From contig CAWCNS010000004.1 in NCBI GenBank assembly GCA_963796965.1, positions 608,001-672,000 of the forward strand: DNA of 64,000 nt, written 5' to 3'. The DNA comes from Calditrichia bacterium (GTDB lineage: Bacteria > Calditrichota > Calditrichia > JAJRVZ01). Shown one piece after another: positions 22,282 through 33,550 of this stretch. Every line of letters starts with the position of its first letter. The stretch's first letter is position 1. Both the position numbers and the translations under genes were made by a program. The notes under the pieces were generated by a model, which saw only the letters and a program-made list of their open reading frames with translations, ran no database searches and had not been told where the DNA came from.

Positions 22282-24706
22282 ATGCATGTATTTGAAAAAT
22301 TAGGTCTGTTTTATCTTGGTAAAAAACTTACAGCTAATCGGGAAAAGGTTAGCGATGAATATTTGCTTTACGATTCAAAGGATTTGTCAACCCATGCAGT
22401 CTGTGTTGGAATGACCGGTAGTGGTAAAACGGGTCTTTGTATCTCTCTCCTGGAAGAAGCAGCCATAGACAACATCCCATCAATCATTATTGATCCCAAG
22501 GGTGATATGGGTAATTTACTCCTTTCGTTTCCGGAACTGAAGGGGACGGATTTTTTACCCTGGATAAACAAAGATTCCGCAAAGAAGAAGGATCTTACAC
22601 CAGAAGAATATGCTAACGGTCAGGCCGACCTATGGAAAAATGGGCTTGCTGACTGGGGACAGACCGGAGAAAGAATTGAGCGTCTTCAAAAATCGACAGA
22701 TTTCGCCATTTATACTCCGGGAAGTAATGCCGGATTACCGGTATCAATCGTTGATTCGTTTTCAGCACCTAAGGGGCAGGTATTAGAAGATATGGACATC
22801 TTAAGGGAACGGGTTCAAACAACCGTATCTGGTCTTCTGGAATTGTTAGGCATCGCAGCAGATCCGCTCCAAAGCAGGGAGCATATTCTAGTCTCAAATA
22901 TCATGGAGCATTGTTGGGTGACCGGAAAAGATGTTGATCTGGGTAGTCTCATTCAAATGATTCAGTCGCCTCCACTTGAACAAATTGGTGTGTTTAATAT
23001 CGAAGACTTTTATCCGAGTTCGGCCCGGCTAAAACTGGCCATGTCGTTAAACAATTTATTAGCAGCACCGGGATTCAAAGCCTGGATGGAAGGAGAATCT
23101 CTGGATATTGATCAAATGATCTATACTTCTCAGGGTAAGCCACGATCGATAATATTTTCTATTGCCCATCTCTCCGATCAAGAACGAATGTTTTTCGTTA
23201 CCTTATTACTCAATCAAATTATCGGCTGGATGCGCGGTCAAAAAGGGAGTACCAGTCTGCGGGCAATCTTGTATATGGATGAAGTTTTTGGATTTTTACC
23301 GCCTGTCAGTGAACCACCATCAAAGCGCCCTTTCTTAACTCTTTTGAAGCAGGCCCGGGCCTTTGGTGTTGGTGTGGTGTTATCAACCCAAAACCCTATC
23401 GACCTGGACTATAAAGGTCTATCTAATGCTGGTACCTGGTTTGTGGGTCGTTTGCAGACTGAAAAAGATAAAGAGCGTTTAGCAGATGGATTAATTGGGG
23501 GCAGTCAGGGAGATATCCTTGATAAAAAGACTTTGATGGAATCGATATCTTCTCTAAATAAACGAGAATTCCTGCTTCATAATGTTCATGAAAAACATCT
23601 TCAGTTTTTCCACACCCGATGGGCAATGTCATATCTTTGCGGACCCTTAACGAGGACACAAATTAAAACGTTGATGTCTGGGAAAAAGGGTTCGAGCAGG
23701 ACTGAGCCCGCTCCGTCCCCATCCGGAAACTAAACAGGTCAAAAAATCTGAGATAAATGTAATTCCACAATTGCCGGCAGGCATTCGTCAAGAGTATGCA
23801 CCGGTTGATTTGCCGATTGAAACAGGTGGAAAAATAGTGTATCAATTATATTCGGTTGCCGCGGCAGACGTTTCGTTTTTTAACAGCCGATATGGTGTTG
23901 CCCGTACTTTCCCTGTTGCCTATGCGCTTCCAATGGGAAAAGATACGCTTGATATTTCTTGGATTCAATCGAAATTATTTGATTTTAAAACTGAAATTTT
24001 CAGTGGTAATAAGGTTGATGATGCTGACTACATGTCTGTGCAACCTATTGTACTAAAACTTGGGACAACAGATAATCTTGATAAACAATTTGAGAGTTTT
24101 GTCTACCAAAACTATAGGCTTGAATTATGGAAGAGTGAGATGTTTAAGACGATTTCACTACCGGAGGAATCAGAACGAGATTATCGGATTCGTTTGCAGC
24201 AGATTGCTCATGAGCGCCGCGACCTTGAAGTGGAAAGACTTCGTCGACAATTTTCAAAGAAAGTTGATACATTAGAAAAACAATTGGAAACTGCCCGGCG
24301 TCTTGTAGACAAAGAGGGAGATCAATATCAACAAAAGATGTTAGATACTGCCATTTCTGTAGGCACCTCGATCTTTGGGGCAATTCTTGGCGGTAGAACA
24401 TCACGAACGAGTGTTACACGTGCTGCACGATCTGCCAGTCGGTTAAGTAAGGAGAAAGGTGATATTGCGCGAGCTAAAGAAAAGATGATTCAAATCGAAG
24501 GACGAATTAAAGAACTCGACGACCAATTGAATGATCAGATTACAGAGCTCACGGAGAAATTTGATCCAATGAATGAAGAGTTGAAGAAGATTTTAATCCG
24601 GCCCAAAAAGGCTGATGTATTACAAAGGTATTTTGGATTTCTATGGGTACCTTTTGTTTATAATTCGGATGGCAGTGTAAAGTCACTTAACCGACTGATT
24701 AGCTAA
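22282..24706 (+). CDS. HerA/FtsK-superfamily ATPase (DUF87/DUF853-like) with C-terminal coiled coil; +1 frameshift near 23723
   Basis: Walker A GMTGSGKT, IIDPKGD, Walker B LYMDE, KQARAFGVGVVLSTQNP. ORF 23771..24706 continues after the frameshift with heptad-rich helices. Confidence 0.85.
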
Positions 24707-24778
24707 TAAACCTGACCTCAATCTTGAGGAGCAGGAAATGTATGAAGTCTATAAATCAAAAACAGAAGGGAAATTATT

Positions 24779-24982
24779 ATGAGTGTAGCAAAAGTATCTG
24801 AAATCATCAGCTCATCTAAAAAAAGTTTTGATGATGCACTTGATAAAGGTGTTATGCGGGCAAGTAAAACGCTGAAAAATGTAAAAAGCGCCTGGATCAA
24901 AGACCAATACGTTCAGATAAAAAGCGGAAAAGTTGTTGAATATCGTGTGGTATTAATGGTCACTTTTATCCTTAATGACTAA
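24779..24982 (+). CDS. Dodecin family protein
   Basis: 67 aa MSVAKVSEIISSSKKSFDDAL..RASKTLKNVKSAWIKDQ..VVEYRVVLMVTFIL, a typical dodecin pattern. Confidence 0.92.
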   Translation: MSVAKVSEIISSSKKSFDDALDKGVMRASKTLKNVKSAWIKDQYVQIKSGKVVEYRVVLMVTFILND

Positions 24983-25104
24983 ATTTGCAGGTTAGCAAAG
25001 AACAAAAAGGATAATAAGGGTAAATAGAATTAGATTTTCTGCAAAAATGAATACCTTTACGCAGAAAAATGCAGGTTTTATTACTCAAAATGTAATCTGA
25101 TGAG

Positions 25105-25151
25105 AAAAGAGGGGGGATTTCCTGTAACAGGATAAATACACCCCTTTTTTT
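25105..25151. terminator. Bidirectional terminator between the convergent dodecin and ppk2 genes
   Basis: Imperfect hairpin aaaagaggggggattt...aaatacaccccttttttt with A and T tracts. Confidence 0.6.
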
Positions 25152-25169
25152 AATTGCTCCCCAATAAAC

Positions 25170-26060
25170 TCATTTTGAGTTTGTTAGTTCTTTATATATA
25201 TCCTTTAATTTGGCTTGATCCTCCTCACTTACTACCGGATAATTTAACTTCATTTTTTTCATCGTCCGTACAATTATATCTGCAACAGTCATGCGCATAT
25301 AGGGCTTATTGTCAGCAGGGATGGCATACCATGGTGCCCATGACCGTGAAGTAGCATTTAGACTTTCCTCATATGCTAGCATATAATCGTCCCAATATTT
25401 ACGCTCATGCAAATCGCCTGTAGAAAATTTGTAATTTTTGTGTGGCTCTTCAAGACGGGATAGAAAACGGTTCCGTTGTTCCTCCTTGGAAACATTTAAC
25501 CAAAACTTTAAAATAATTGTGCCATTTTGAGCCAGATGGTTTTCATGATTACGAATGGATTTGTATCGTTCTTGCCACAGCTTGTCTAAATTTGTTTTAT
25601 AGGGAAGTTTCTGAGATTTTAAAAATTCCGGATGCACGCGTACAACCAAAACTTCCTCATAATAACTGCGGTTGAAAATGCCGATGCGCCCCCGCTCCGG
25701 AAGTCTTTGAGTCGTTCGCCATAAAAAATCATGATCTAATTCTTGGGCGGAGGGTTGTTTGAAAGAAAACACCTGACAGCCGGCTGGATTAATACCACTC
25801 ATAACTGCCCGGATGGTGCTGTCTTTTCCAGCCGCATCTATCGCCTGAAAAATCAGTAAAAGGGCATATTTATCGTCGGCAAACAAGGTGTTTTGTAGTT
25901 CATCCATTTCATTTATCAGTTTTTTTAACTTTTTCTTGTTCGCTTTTTTTTCTGTGTTTTTTTGAGGTGGAGTAGTCGGAGCATCAGAATATTTGAATGA
26001 ACCATCAAATGGTACCAAATAGGGACTGGTTAAGGCTTTTAACATAAATTTTCCTTTCAT
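25170..26060 (-). CDS. ppk2: Polyphosphate kinase 2, class III-like
   Basis: QAIDAAGKD, SFKQPS, DHDFLWR, GIFNRSYYEEVLVVRVHP (N at Walker B as in class III), APWYAIPADNK. Confidence 0.93.
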   Translation of the reverse strand: MKGKFMLKALTSPYLVPFDGSFKYSDAPTTPPQKNTEKKANKKKLKKLINEMDELQNTLFADDKYALLLIFQAIDAAGKDSTIRAVMSGINPAGCQVFSFKQPSAQELDHDFLWRTTQRLPERGRIGIFNRSYYEEVLVVRVHPEFLKSQKLPYKTNLDKLWQERYKSIRNHENHLAQNGTIILKFWLNVSKEEQRNRFLSRLEEPHKNYKFSTGDLHERKYWDDYMLAYEESLNATSRSWAPWYAIPADNKPYMRMTVADIIVRTMKKMKLNYPVVSEEDQAKLKDIYKELTNSK

Positions 26061-26115
26061 GATAGATCCAGACTTAAGAATAAATTGAGAATTGATGTTT
26101 GAAATTCGGTGATCA

Positions 26116-26262
26116 TAATTGGGAATTGGGAATTGAAAAATGGCTTGCTCGGATAAAGGAGTAGATCAATATATGAAGACAAATTCCAAATTACCAATTA
26201 CAAAGTGTATCCCAGATCAGGTATCGCAGATCGCAAATCGCCTAACCCCAATCCCCTATCCC
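26116..26262. repeat. Family C 7-mer tandem tracts
   Basis: aattggg aattggg aattg, inverted aaattcc aaattac caattac, then gtatccc agatcag gtatcgc agatcgc aaatcgc ctaaccc caatccc ctatccc. Confidence 0.7.
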
Positions 26263-26908
26263 TAAACACACTATGGCAGCATAACACCGGTAGCCGTGCC
26301 AACTAAACCGGATGCAATTCCTGCCATATCAATAAAACGGGAGCGTTGAATACAGAACAGGATGATAAAATTGTTGCTGTCAAACAATATATACCTATCT
26401 GTCATAAAAGTTAAGACATTTTTTAAGTCAAATTTAAATACGGAATATCAGACATTAAATTTCTATGATGCTTATTAATGTAAAGGAGAAATTCATATTA
26501 CTACAACGCATAGATTTTATTTGTCTGTGGCTATAAACGATAAAAGATAAGAGTGAAAATTCAGAAAAGCAACGATCTGTCAATTTTGCACTATCCAAAT
26601 CAGAGTGCATCAATAGTATGGGTATATCTTTTCAGTACTTAAAAAGACCTATGTAACTTGGGGTAAGTTATATCCTGTAAATTATGGATAAATTCTTTAG
26701 TGCGCCATTGAATTAATTTTCATTCCCTGTTTATATTTACTTTTACCGAATAAATTAAGAACTTACCAAAAGTAGGTTGAATAATCCATAATGCTTAGTA
26801 ATCGTGGAATATTAGAATCGTCAAATTCGCACATGCTGAAAGTGATTCTACTCCTCAGATTATGCATATGAGCCTCAGTGCTTTTTTTTAATAAAAGGAA
26901 TACTTAGA

Positions 26909-27496
26909 GTGGGTAGTCTTATCCCTGTTCCATCTCACATAAAAGGCTTAATCTTTGACTGTGATGGTACACTTGTTGATTCCATGCCTATGCATATGCA
27001 TGCCTGGCATAAGGCATTTCAACAGACTACGAACGAATATGATCATGATCTGCTATATTCCTTAAAAGGAATGAAGGAAACCGATGTTATTATCACATAT
27101 AATCAGCATCATGGAACCACTCTAGACCCGGAGGAAATGGTTCGAATTAAACATACCTTTTTGATACTGGATATTCCCAATGTAAAACCAATAGATATAG
27201 TTGTAAATATTGTCCGGAAATATCATGGCAAATTACCTCTGGCTGTGGTATCAGGTAGTCCTAAAAAAATAGTATATCCTGAACTTGAGGCAATCGGAAT
27301 TTTAAATTTATTTGACACTATTTTGACTGCTGATGACCCTTATAAGCCAAAACCCGCACCGGATATATTTCTTGAGGCAGCCAAACGAATTGGAATCAAA
27401 CCAGAGTGGTGCCAGGTGTTTGAAGATGGGGATCCAGGTTTGGAATCGGCACGAAATGCGGGGATGGTGGCTACAGACATCCGGCACTATCTTTGA
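26909..27496 (+). CDS. HAD-family sugar phosphatase (YqaB/beta-PGM-like)
   Basis: IFDCDGTLVDSMP motif I, KPKPAPDIFL, VFEDGDPG motif IV. Confidence 0.9.
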   Translation: MGSLIPVPSHIKGLIFDCDGTLVDSMPMHMHAWHKAFQQTTNEYDHDLLYSLKGMKETDVIITYNQHHGTTLDPEEMVRIKHTFLILDIPNVKPIDIVVNIVRKYHGKLPLAVVSGSPKKIVYPELEAIGILNLFDTILTADDPYKPKPAPDIFLEAAKRIGIKPEWCQVFEDGDPGLESARNAGMVATDIRHYL

Positions 27497-27578
27497 TTTA
27501 TGAAGATTTGATTTTTTCAAGTAGAGGAACAATGCAACATATGAAAAAAGACAAAAGAAAAAAGAAAAAGGAAAAATC

Positions 27579-30005
27579 ATGAAGTGGACCCTTTTCATAT
27601 CATTCGTAGTAGTTTTGAATCTTTCTGCGGCGGACCGTATGGTTGATTTTACAAATGTCGTTATTGTTACACCTGAAAAAGTAAGTAATTTAGAACAGAA
27701 AGCAATTCAGGTTCTTCAAGAAGAGGTTGAAAAACGAACAGGAATTGTGATAAAAAGGGTTGATAAACTGCCCGAGCAGTCGGGATCAGCTATTGTAGTG
27801 GGACTTCGTGAGACTTTGAAAGAATTGGGTGTACCAATAAGTGGATTAGTGAGTGATGATCAAGCCGACCAAAGTGAGGGATTTCAATTGGTTATCACGG
27901 ATCCCTCAAAGCCCCTGATTATCATAGCGGGAAATGATTCTCGTGGTGTTTTTTATGGTATTGGAAAACTTTTGCGTTTATTAGAATTAAGAAAAAATTC
28001 TATTCTTGCTCCTGGAAACAAAAATATAATCACAGCACCCGAATATCCCATCCGTGGTCATCAATTAGGTTACCGGCCAAAAACGAATGCTTATGATGCC
28101 TGGGATGTAAACCAGTTTGATCAATATATCCGCGAATTAGCAATTTTTGGAGCCAATAGTATTGAAATAATGCCTCCCCGTACGGACGATGATCTTGTCA
28201 GTGTACATATGCCCATACCACCGATGGAAATGATGATCAAACAAGCAGAGATATGCGATGATTATGATCTGGATGTATGGATCTGGTATCCGAATATGGG
28301 TAGTGATTATACAGATCCCGATTCCATTGCTTTTGAATTAAAAGAAAGAGATGACGTATTCAGTCAATTGAAGAGAGTGGATGTGGTTTTTGTCCCTGGT
28401 GGAGATCCGGGAGATTTACATCCGGATATATTATTCGACTGGTTGAAGAAAGTTGCTGTGGTTCTTCATAAATATCATCCCCAGGCAAAAATTTGGGTTT
28501 CTCCCCAGGCATTTCGCCCGGTAAAATCATGGCTCGATTCATTTTATGGTAATGTCAATAAGAAATACGATTGGTTTGGTGGGGTCGTTTTTGGTCCCTG
28601 GGTTAAATCAACCCTAAAGGAAATACGCCGAATAGTGGATGCTTCAATCCCAATTCGCCGCTATCCTGATATAACTCATAGTATCAGCTCACAGTATCCT
28701 GTACGTAACTGGGATTTGGCCTATGCCATGACCCATGGTCGGGAATGCTACAATATGCGTCCCGAGGCTGAGAAAGCAATCCATAATTCGTTAGATCAAT
28801 ATGCTGATGGTAGTTTGAGTTATTCAGAGGGTATTAATGATGATGTTAACAAGTTTGTTTGGAGCGGGCAGGACTGGGATCCGGACACGCCTGTTATAGA
28901 AACGTTGCGTGAATATTGTGGGTTGTTTGTTCATCCGGATTTGGCAGATGATATGGCAAAAGGTATTCTTGCCCTGGAACAAAATTGGGAAGGCCCCCTA
29001 CTGAATAATAAGAATGTTGAAAATGTTCTGCGCCAATGGGAGGATATGGAAAAAAATATTTTAGTGGATAATTCAAATAACTATCGCTTTCAAATGGGTC
29101 TGCTTCGGGCTTATTATGATGCCTATATCAAAGTGAGGTTAATTCATGAGAGCGATCTTGAGATGAGAGCGAGATTACTCCTGGAACAGGCTGAGAAAAT
29201 TGGAAGTGATAACGTATTAAATGAGGCTGAGAAAATTTTAAAGCAGAAGACGGCAAATCCGGTGGGCATAGCATATAAAGAAAAATGCTGGCAGATAACC
29301 GATTATCTTTTCGAAAGGATTGGATCACAGACCTCAGTGAAAAAATACAAAGCACATTCTGGACGGGGTGATTTTATGGATTATATTGATATTCCACTTA
29401 ATGATGCCGTTTGGCTGATGTGGAATTTTGAAAAGATTCGAAATCTACCAAATGAAGCAGATAAATTAACTGCAATCCATGATTTGTCAAATCGAACCAA
29501 TCCGGGCCCGGGGGGGTATTACGATAACTTTGGTGATAATGATCGTACACAACAAATGATTGATTATCCTTCATGGCAGGATGATCCGGGTAGTCTGTCT
29601 TCACCGCGGATCAGTTTTGGTGTGGGGTTACAGGGTGAAGAATGGATCCATACGGTTGAGGCCAAGGGGTTTGATGGCAGGGCTACCCCCCTGGCATGGA
29701 TGAATCAAATAACCACGTTGTATGAAACGCCCCTGTCACTGGTTTATAAAGATCTTGATCCCTCAGCACAGTATTCACTAAAGGTTGCTTATACAGGACG
29801 TTTCAGAGCGAAAATCCAATTGATAGCAGACGAGGTTCATCAACTTCATGAATTATTTAAAACCGGAAGAAAGCCTATTATGACCTTTGATATTCCCATC
29901 GAGGCGACCAAAGACGGACAGTTAAAACTTACCTGGACTTGTGGTGAAGGGGAACGGGGCGCCCAGGTGGCGGAGGTATGGTTGGTAAAAGGTGGCCTGG
30001 ATTAA
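27579..30005 (+). CDS. Secreted putative glycoside hydrolase with a GH20/GH67-type N-terminal domain and an unclassified catalytic region
   Basis: Signal peptide, EGFQL..IIAGNDSRGVFYGIGKLLR, RGHQLGYRPKTNAYDAW, PGGDPGD, YSEGINDDVNK. Full-length paralog at 43680..46070. Confidence 0.65.
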   Translation: MKWTLFISFVVVLNLSAADRMVDFTNVVIVTPEKVSNLEQKAIQVLQEEVEKRTGIVIKRVDKLPEQSGSAIVVGLRETLKELGVPISGLVSDDQADQSEGFQLVITDPSKPLIIIAGNDSRGVFYGIGKLLRLLELRKNSILAPGNKNIITAPEYPIRGHQLGYRPKTNAYDAWDVNQFDQYIRELAIFGANSIEIMPPRTDDDLVSVHMPIPPMEMMIKQAEICDDYDLDVWIWYPNMGSDYTDPDSIAFELKERDDVFSQLKRVDVVFVPGGDPGDLHPDILFDWLKKVAVVLHKYHPQAKIWVSPQAFRPVKSWLDSFYGNVNKKYDWFGGVVFGPWVKSTLKEIRRIVDASIPIRRYPDITHSISSQYPVRNWDLAYAMTHGRECYNMRPEAEKAIHNSLDQYADGSLSYSEGINDDVNKFVWSGQDWDPDTPVIETLREYCGLFVHPDLADDMAKGILALEQNWEGPLLNNKNVENVLRQWEDMEKNILVDNSNNYRFQMGLLRAYYDAYIKVRLIHESDLEMRARLLLEQAEKIGSDNVLNEAEKILKQKTANPVGIAYKEKCWQITDYLFERIGSQTSVKKYKAHSGRGDFMDYIDIPLNDAVWLMWNFEKIRNLPNEADKLTAIHDLSNRTNPGPGGYYDNFGDNDRTQQMIDYPSWQDDPGSLSSPRISFGVGLQGEEWIHTVEAKGFDGRATPLAWMNQITTLYETPLSLVYKDLDPSAQYSLKVAYTGRFRAKIQLIADEVHQLHELFKTGRKPIMTFDIPIEATKDGQLKLTWTCGEGERGAQVAEVWLVKGGLD

Positions 30006-30028
30006 CCCAATAGGCAGATAAAATATTT

Positions 30029-30214
30029 ATCCACGAATTATCCGTCTTCGTCGGATCAGGCAAAGACTGACAAAAATTATTACGAATTTCACGAAATTAT
30101 TAAATGAAAAATATAATTTGAAAAATTCAATGTATAAGTGTTTATTAGAGAATAAGAATATAAAAACACTTTGCGAACTTTGCGCCTTTTTTGCGTCTCT
30201 GTGTTTAGAGAGAT
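30029..30214. repeat. Family A repeats with a nested 30-bp insert
   Basis: ccacgaatta[tccgtcttcgtcggatcaggcaaagactga]caaaaattattacgaatttcacgaaatt, plus a right-end ctttgcgaactttgcgccttttttgcgtctctgtg at 30169. Confidence 0.75.
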
Positions 30215-30263
30215 TCGAATAATTACTAAAAAGAATTCCCAATTAATAAGGAGGGTAGTGGCG

Positions 30264-32470
30264 ATGAAAAACTTTCATGGTAAAATCCTTTGCTGTTTTC
30301 TAATGTTATTAGTATCATCACCGTTTTATTATTTGGTCAGAATGAAGACTTGTCTGTATTGAAAAACTGGTATAAATATACAGACAAAGAAAATGCTCTC
30401 TATCATCATATGGCTGCTGAGGCTCACCAATACCTGCAAAAAAGAGCACAAACCATCTCACAACTTTCATCAAAGTCTGAGTGGCAAAAACGGCAAAAGT
30501 TTGTTAGTGAGAAGTTTATGGATATTGTGGGTCCGTTTCCTGAAAAAACGCCACTAAATCCGAAAATTGTTGAAATCCTGGATAAAGATGGATATAAAAT
30601 GGAAAAACTCTATTTTGAGTCCCAACCAGGATTTTATGTAACAGCCGCTTTGTTTATCCCCGACAATTTGAAAGGGAAAACGCCTGCTGTCATTTACTGC
30701 AGTGGACATAGTCATATTGCATTCCGGAGCATGGCTTATCAGAGAGTAATATTAAATTTGGTTAAAAAAGGATTTATTGTTTTTGCCTTTGATCCGGTAA
30801 GTCAGGGTGAGCGCTGGCAATATTTTGATCCGGATTTTGGAAAATCAAAGATAGGTGGATCAACTGCGGAGCATTCCTATGTGGGTGCCCAATGTTTCTT
30901 AAATGGTAGCTCACAGGCCCGCTATATGATTTGGGATGGGATAAGAGCAGTTGATTATTTACTAACCAGAGATGAGGTGGATGGCAACCGCATCGGCATA
31001 ACCGGGCGATCTGGCGGGGGTACACAATCTTCCTATATAGCAGCGATGGATGAGCGCATTCTGGCTGTTGCTCCGGAATGCTATATCTCTGGTGTTCGGC
31101 GATTGCTTGAATCTATAGGTCCTCAGGATGCAGAACAGAATTTTTACCATGGTTTAGCAAACGGTATTGATCATGCAGATCTATTGGAAGTAAGAGCGCC
31201 AAAGCCGGCTTTGTTGATTACGACGACGCGTGATTTTTTCAGTATTCAGGGGGCCAGAGAGACAGCTAACGAAATAAGGGCTGTCTATCAAGCATACGAA
31301 AAGTTAGAAAATTTTAAAATGATTGAAGATGATGATGTACATAACTCTACTAAAGCAAACCGGGAGAGGATGTATGCATTTTTTCAAAAATATCTAAATC
31401 TGCCTGGTAACTCCAAAGATGAAGAAGTGTCTTATCTGAGCCGTGAAGAGTTACAGGTGACCAGAACTGGCCAGGTGATGACGGATTTGGGAGGAGAAAC
31501 AATCTTTAGCCTTAATCTAAAAGAAGTTGACAATAATCTTAATAATCTTAAAATGAATCGTGAAAATTCCGCATGGAAACCTGAGGATGTGATAGCTATT
31601 GCAGAAAAACTAAGTGGGTATCGCAGACCAGGTCCAAACAAAGAAGTCGCCTTTTCCGGACAATATCAGCGTCTTGGATATCGTATCGAAAAACATTTTA
31701 TAGAGGGTGAAGGAAATTATCCCGTTCCTTTTTTGGTAGCAAAACCTGATGGTCCAGGACCGTTTCCGGTAATCCTTTATCTCCATGATGAGGAGAAAGA
31801 TAAAGAGGCCCGACCGGGTGGGGAAATTGAATGGTTTGTTAAGAAAGGGTATATGGTTATTGCACCTGATATGCTAGGCAGAGGAGAAATCGGACCAGAA
31901 CGATTCCGGGGTGATTCATATAATTTTGGTCCAGGAGGGAGCAAGACTTCTTACAATATTTGGTTTCTGTCAATTCATATCGCCCGCAGTATTACTGGAA
32001 TTCATACGGCCGATCTATCACGGTTAATCAATTATGCGAAATCACGGGATGATGTGAATAAACAAAATATTTCCGGTGTGGCCAGGGGAGATATATGTCC
32101 TGATTTAGTACATCTGGCCGCATTTGATAAATCCATGGCCAAAATTGCTCTTTTTGATCCGTTGGTATCTTATAAATCTCTAGTTAATAACAAATATTAT
32201 CTAACCAAATATATGCTCACGGCAGTACCGGGATCAATCCCTGAATACGATCTTTCCGATTTATACGCTGCTATTGCCCCGAGGAAAATATTATTGGTCA
32301 ATGTCCTCGACCAGATCAATCAACCTCTCGATAGATCTAGGAGCGATAAAGTCTTTAAAAATGTAACATTAACTTTTAGATCACAGAATGCAGAGAATAA
32401 TTTTGTTGTTCGTGATCGGGAATTTTATCATTCACTGGATGATCTGCTTGGTGACTGGCTAAGGGATTAG
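30264..32470 (+). CDS. Acetylxylan esterase-like protein with two alpha/beta hydrolase domains; -1 frameshift in the signal peptide region
   Basis: RBS aaggagg before ATG 30264, FESQPGFYVTAALFIP, WDGIRAVDYL, nucleophile elbow GRSGGG, degenerate second domain. Confidence 0.8.
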
Positions 32471-32487
32471 GTATTGGGTTTTGAATA

Positions 32488-32608
32488 GCACGCGGATGAC
32501 ACGGATAACACTGATTTCCGCGGATACTATTTAATAGTTATATATTTTAATAAAAAGACAAGGGATAAAATCTGTGAAAATACGCTTTATCCGTGTTAAT
32601 CCGTGTGC
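32488..32608. repeat. Family A complete MITE-like element (CACGGAT subtype)
   Basis: gcacgcggatgacacggataacactgatttccgcggata and the inverted atctgtgaaaatacgctttatccgtgttaatccgtgtgc around an AT-rich core of about 43 bp. Confidence 0.8.
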
Positions 32609-32683
32609 CATGAGAGTTAAATCAACCCTTGAATCAGGACAAACGATTGCCTAAATTCATATTTCTGACAATGGAAAAAAACT

Positions 32684-33550
32684 ATGAAAACACTTCTTCT
32701 CTCTCTTCTCTTTTCTCTCTTCTGTCTAAATTCTGGTTGTAAAAATTCTGAATCTTCACAAAATGATTTGGAAATAAGACAGAGGTCTCTAAATAATCCG
32801 TATTCCGAGTTTGTTCTTGTAACGGCCCATCGGGCCTTTCACACTACCTATCCGGAAAATTCATTAGCTGCCATCCAACATTCAATTGATGCAGGAATTG
32901 ATATGATTGAGATCGATGTAAGAGAAACAATGGATGGTGTTTTGATATTAATGCATGATCATACAGTTAACCGGATGACACATGGTGAAGGAACAATTAA
33001 GGAAATGAGTTATGAACGGATAAAAAACTTAACCTTAAAAACATTGCCGAATGATAAACAGATACACCATATACCAACTTTAAAGGAAGTCCTTCAAATG
33101 GTGAAGGGCCACATCCTCGTCGATATTGATATTAAAGATGCACCTGTGAAGAAGTTGGTTGAAACGGTTAAACACACAGGAACAGAGGATCAGGTTCTTT
33201 TTTTTCAACACCATAATCTAACCCATGATAGTCTGTTACTTATGGATTCTAAAATTATGGTTGTGCCAAGAGCCGGAACCGTTGAAGATGCTAAAACTTT
33301 ATTAATGAAGTATAGGCCGGTTGTTATGCAGATTCCACCGGAAATAGCCTCAAGGGAATTAGTATACCAAATGAAACAAGGGGGCTGCTCTGTCTGGATA
33401 AATTCCTTGGGCGATGCGGATGACATGGCGGAAAAGGGCAAGTTGGAAGAAGCCTTTTCTCCTCTGGTAGATATGGGCGCAACGGTAATCCAAAGTGACC
33501 GCCCGGATCTCCTGTTGCAGCATTTAAAGGGAATAAACCTTCACTGGTAA
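32684..33550 (+). CDS. Glycerophosphodiester phosphodiesterase lipoprotein
   Basis: Lipobox LNSGC, AHRA..PENSL, IEIDV, LMHD, IQSDRP. Confidence 0.92.
   Translation: MKTLLLSLLFSLFCLNSGCKNSESSQNDLEIRQRSLNNPYSEFVLVTAHRAFHTTYPENSLAAIQHSIDAGIDMIEIDVRETMDGVLILMHDHTVNRMTHGEGTIKEMSYERIKNLTLKTLPNDKQIHHIPTLKEVLQMVKGHILVDIDIKDAPVKKLVETVKHTGTEDQVLFFQHHNLTHDSLLLMDSKIMVVPRAGTVEDAKTLLMKYRPVVMQIPPEIASRELVYQMKQGGCSVWINSLGDADDMAEKGKLEEAFSPLVDMGATVIQSDRPDLLLQHLKGINLHW

Noticed and set aside
22282..24706. ATPase as a HerA anti-phage system or conjugative coupling protein
   Set aside because: No adjacent Sir2, nuclease, NurA, relaxase or T4SS genes, and no N-terminal transmembrane anchor.
26399..26420. Pho box upstream of ppk2 (ctgtcataaaa...)
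   Set aside because: Only one half-site matches. The second 11-bp repeat is absent and the site is about 340 bp from the start.
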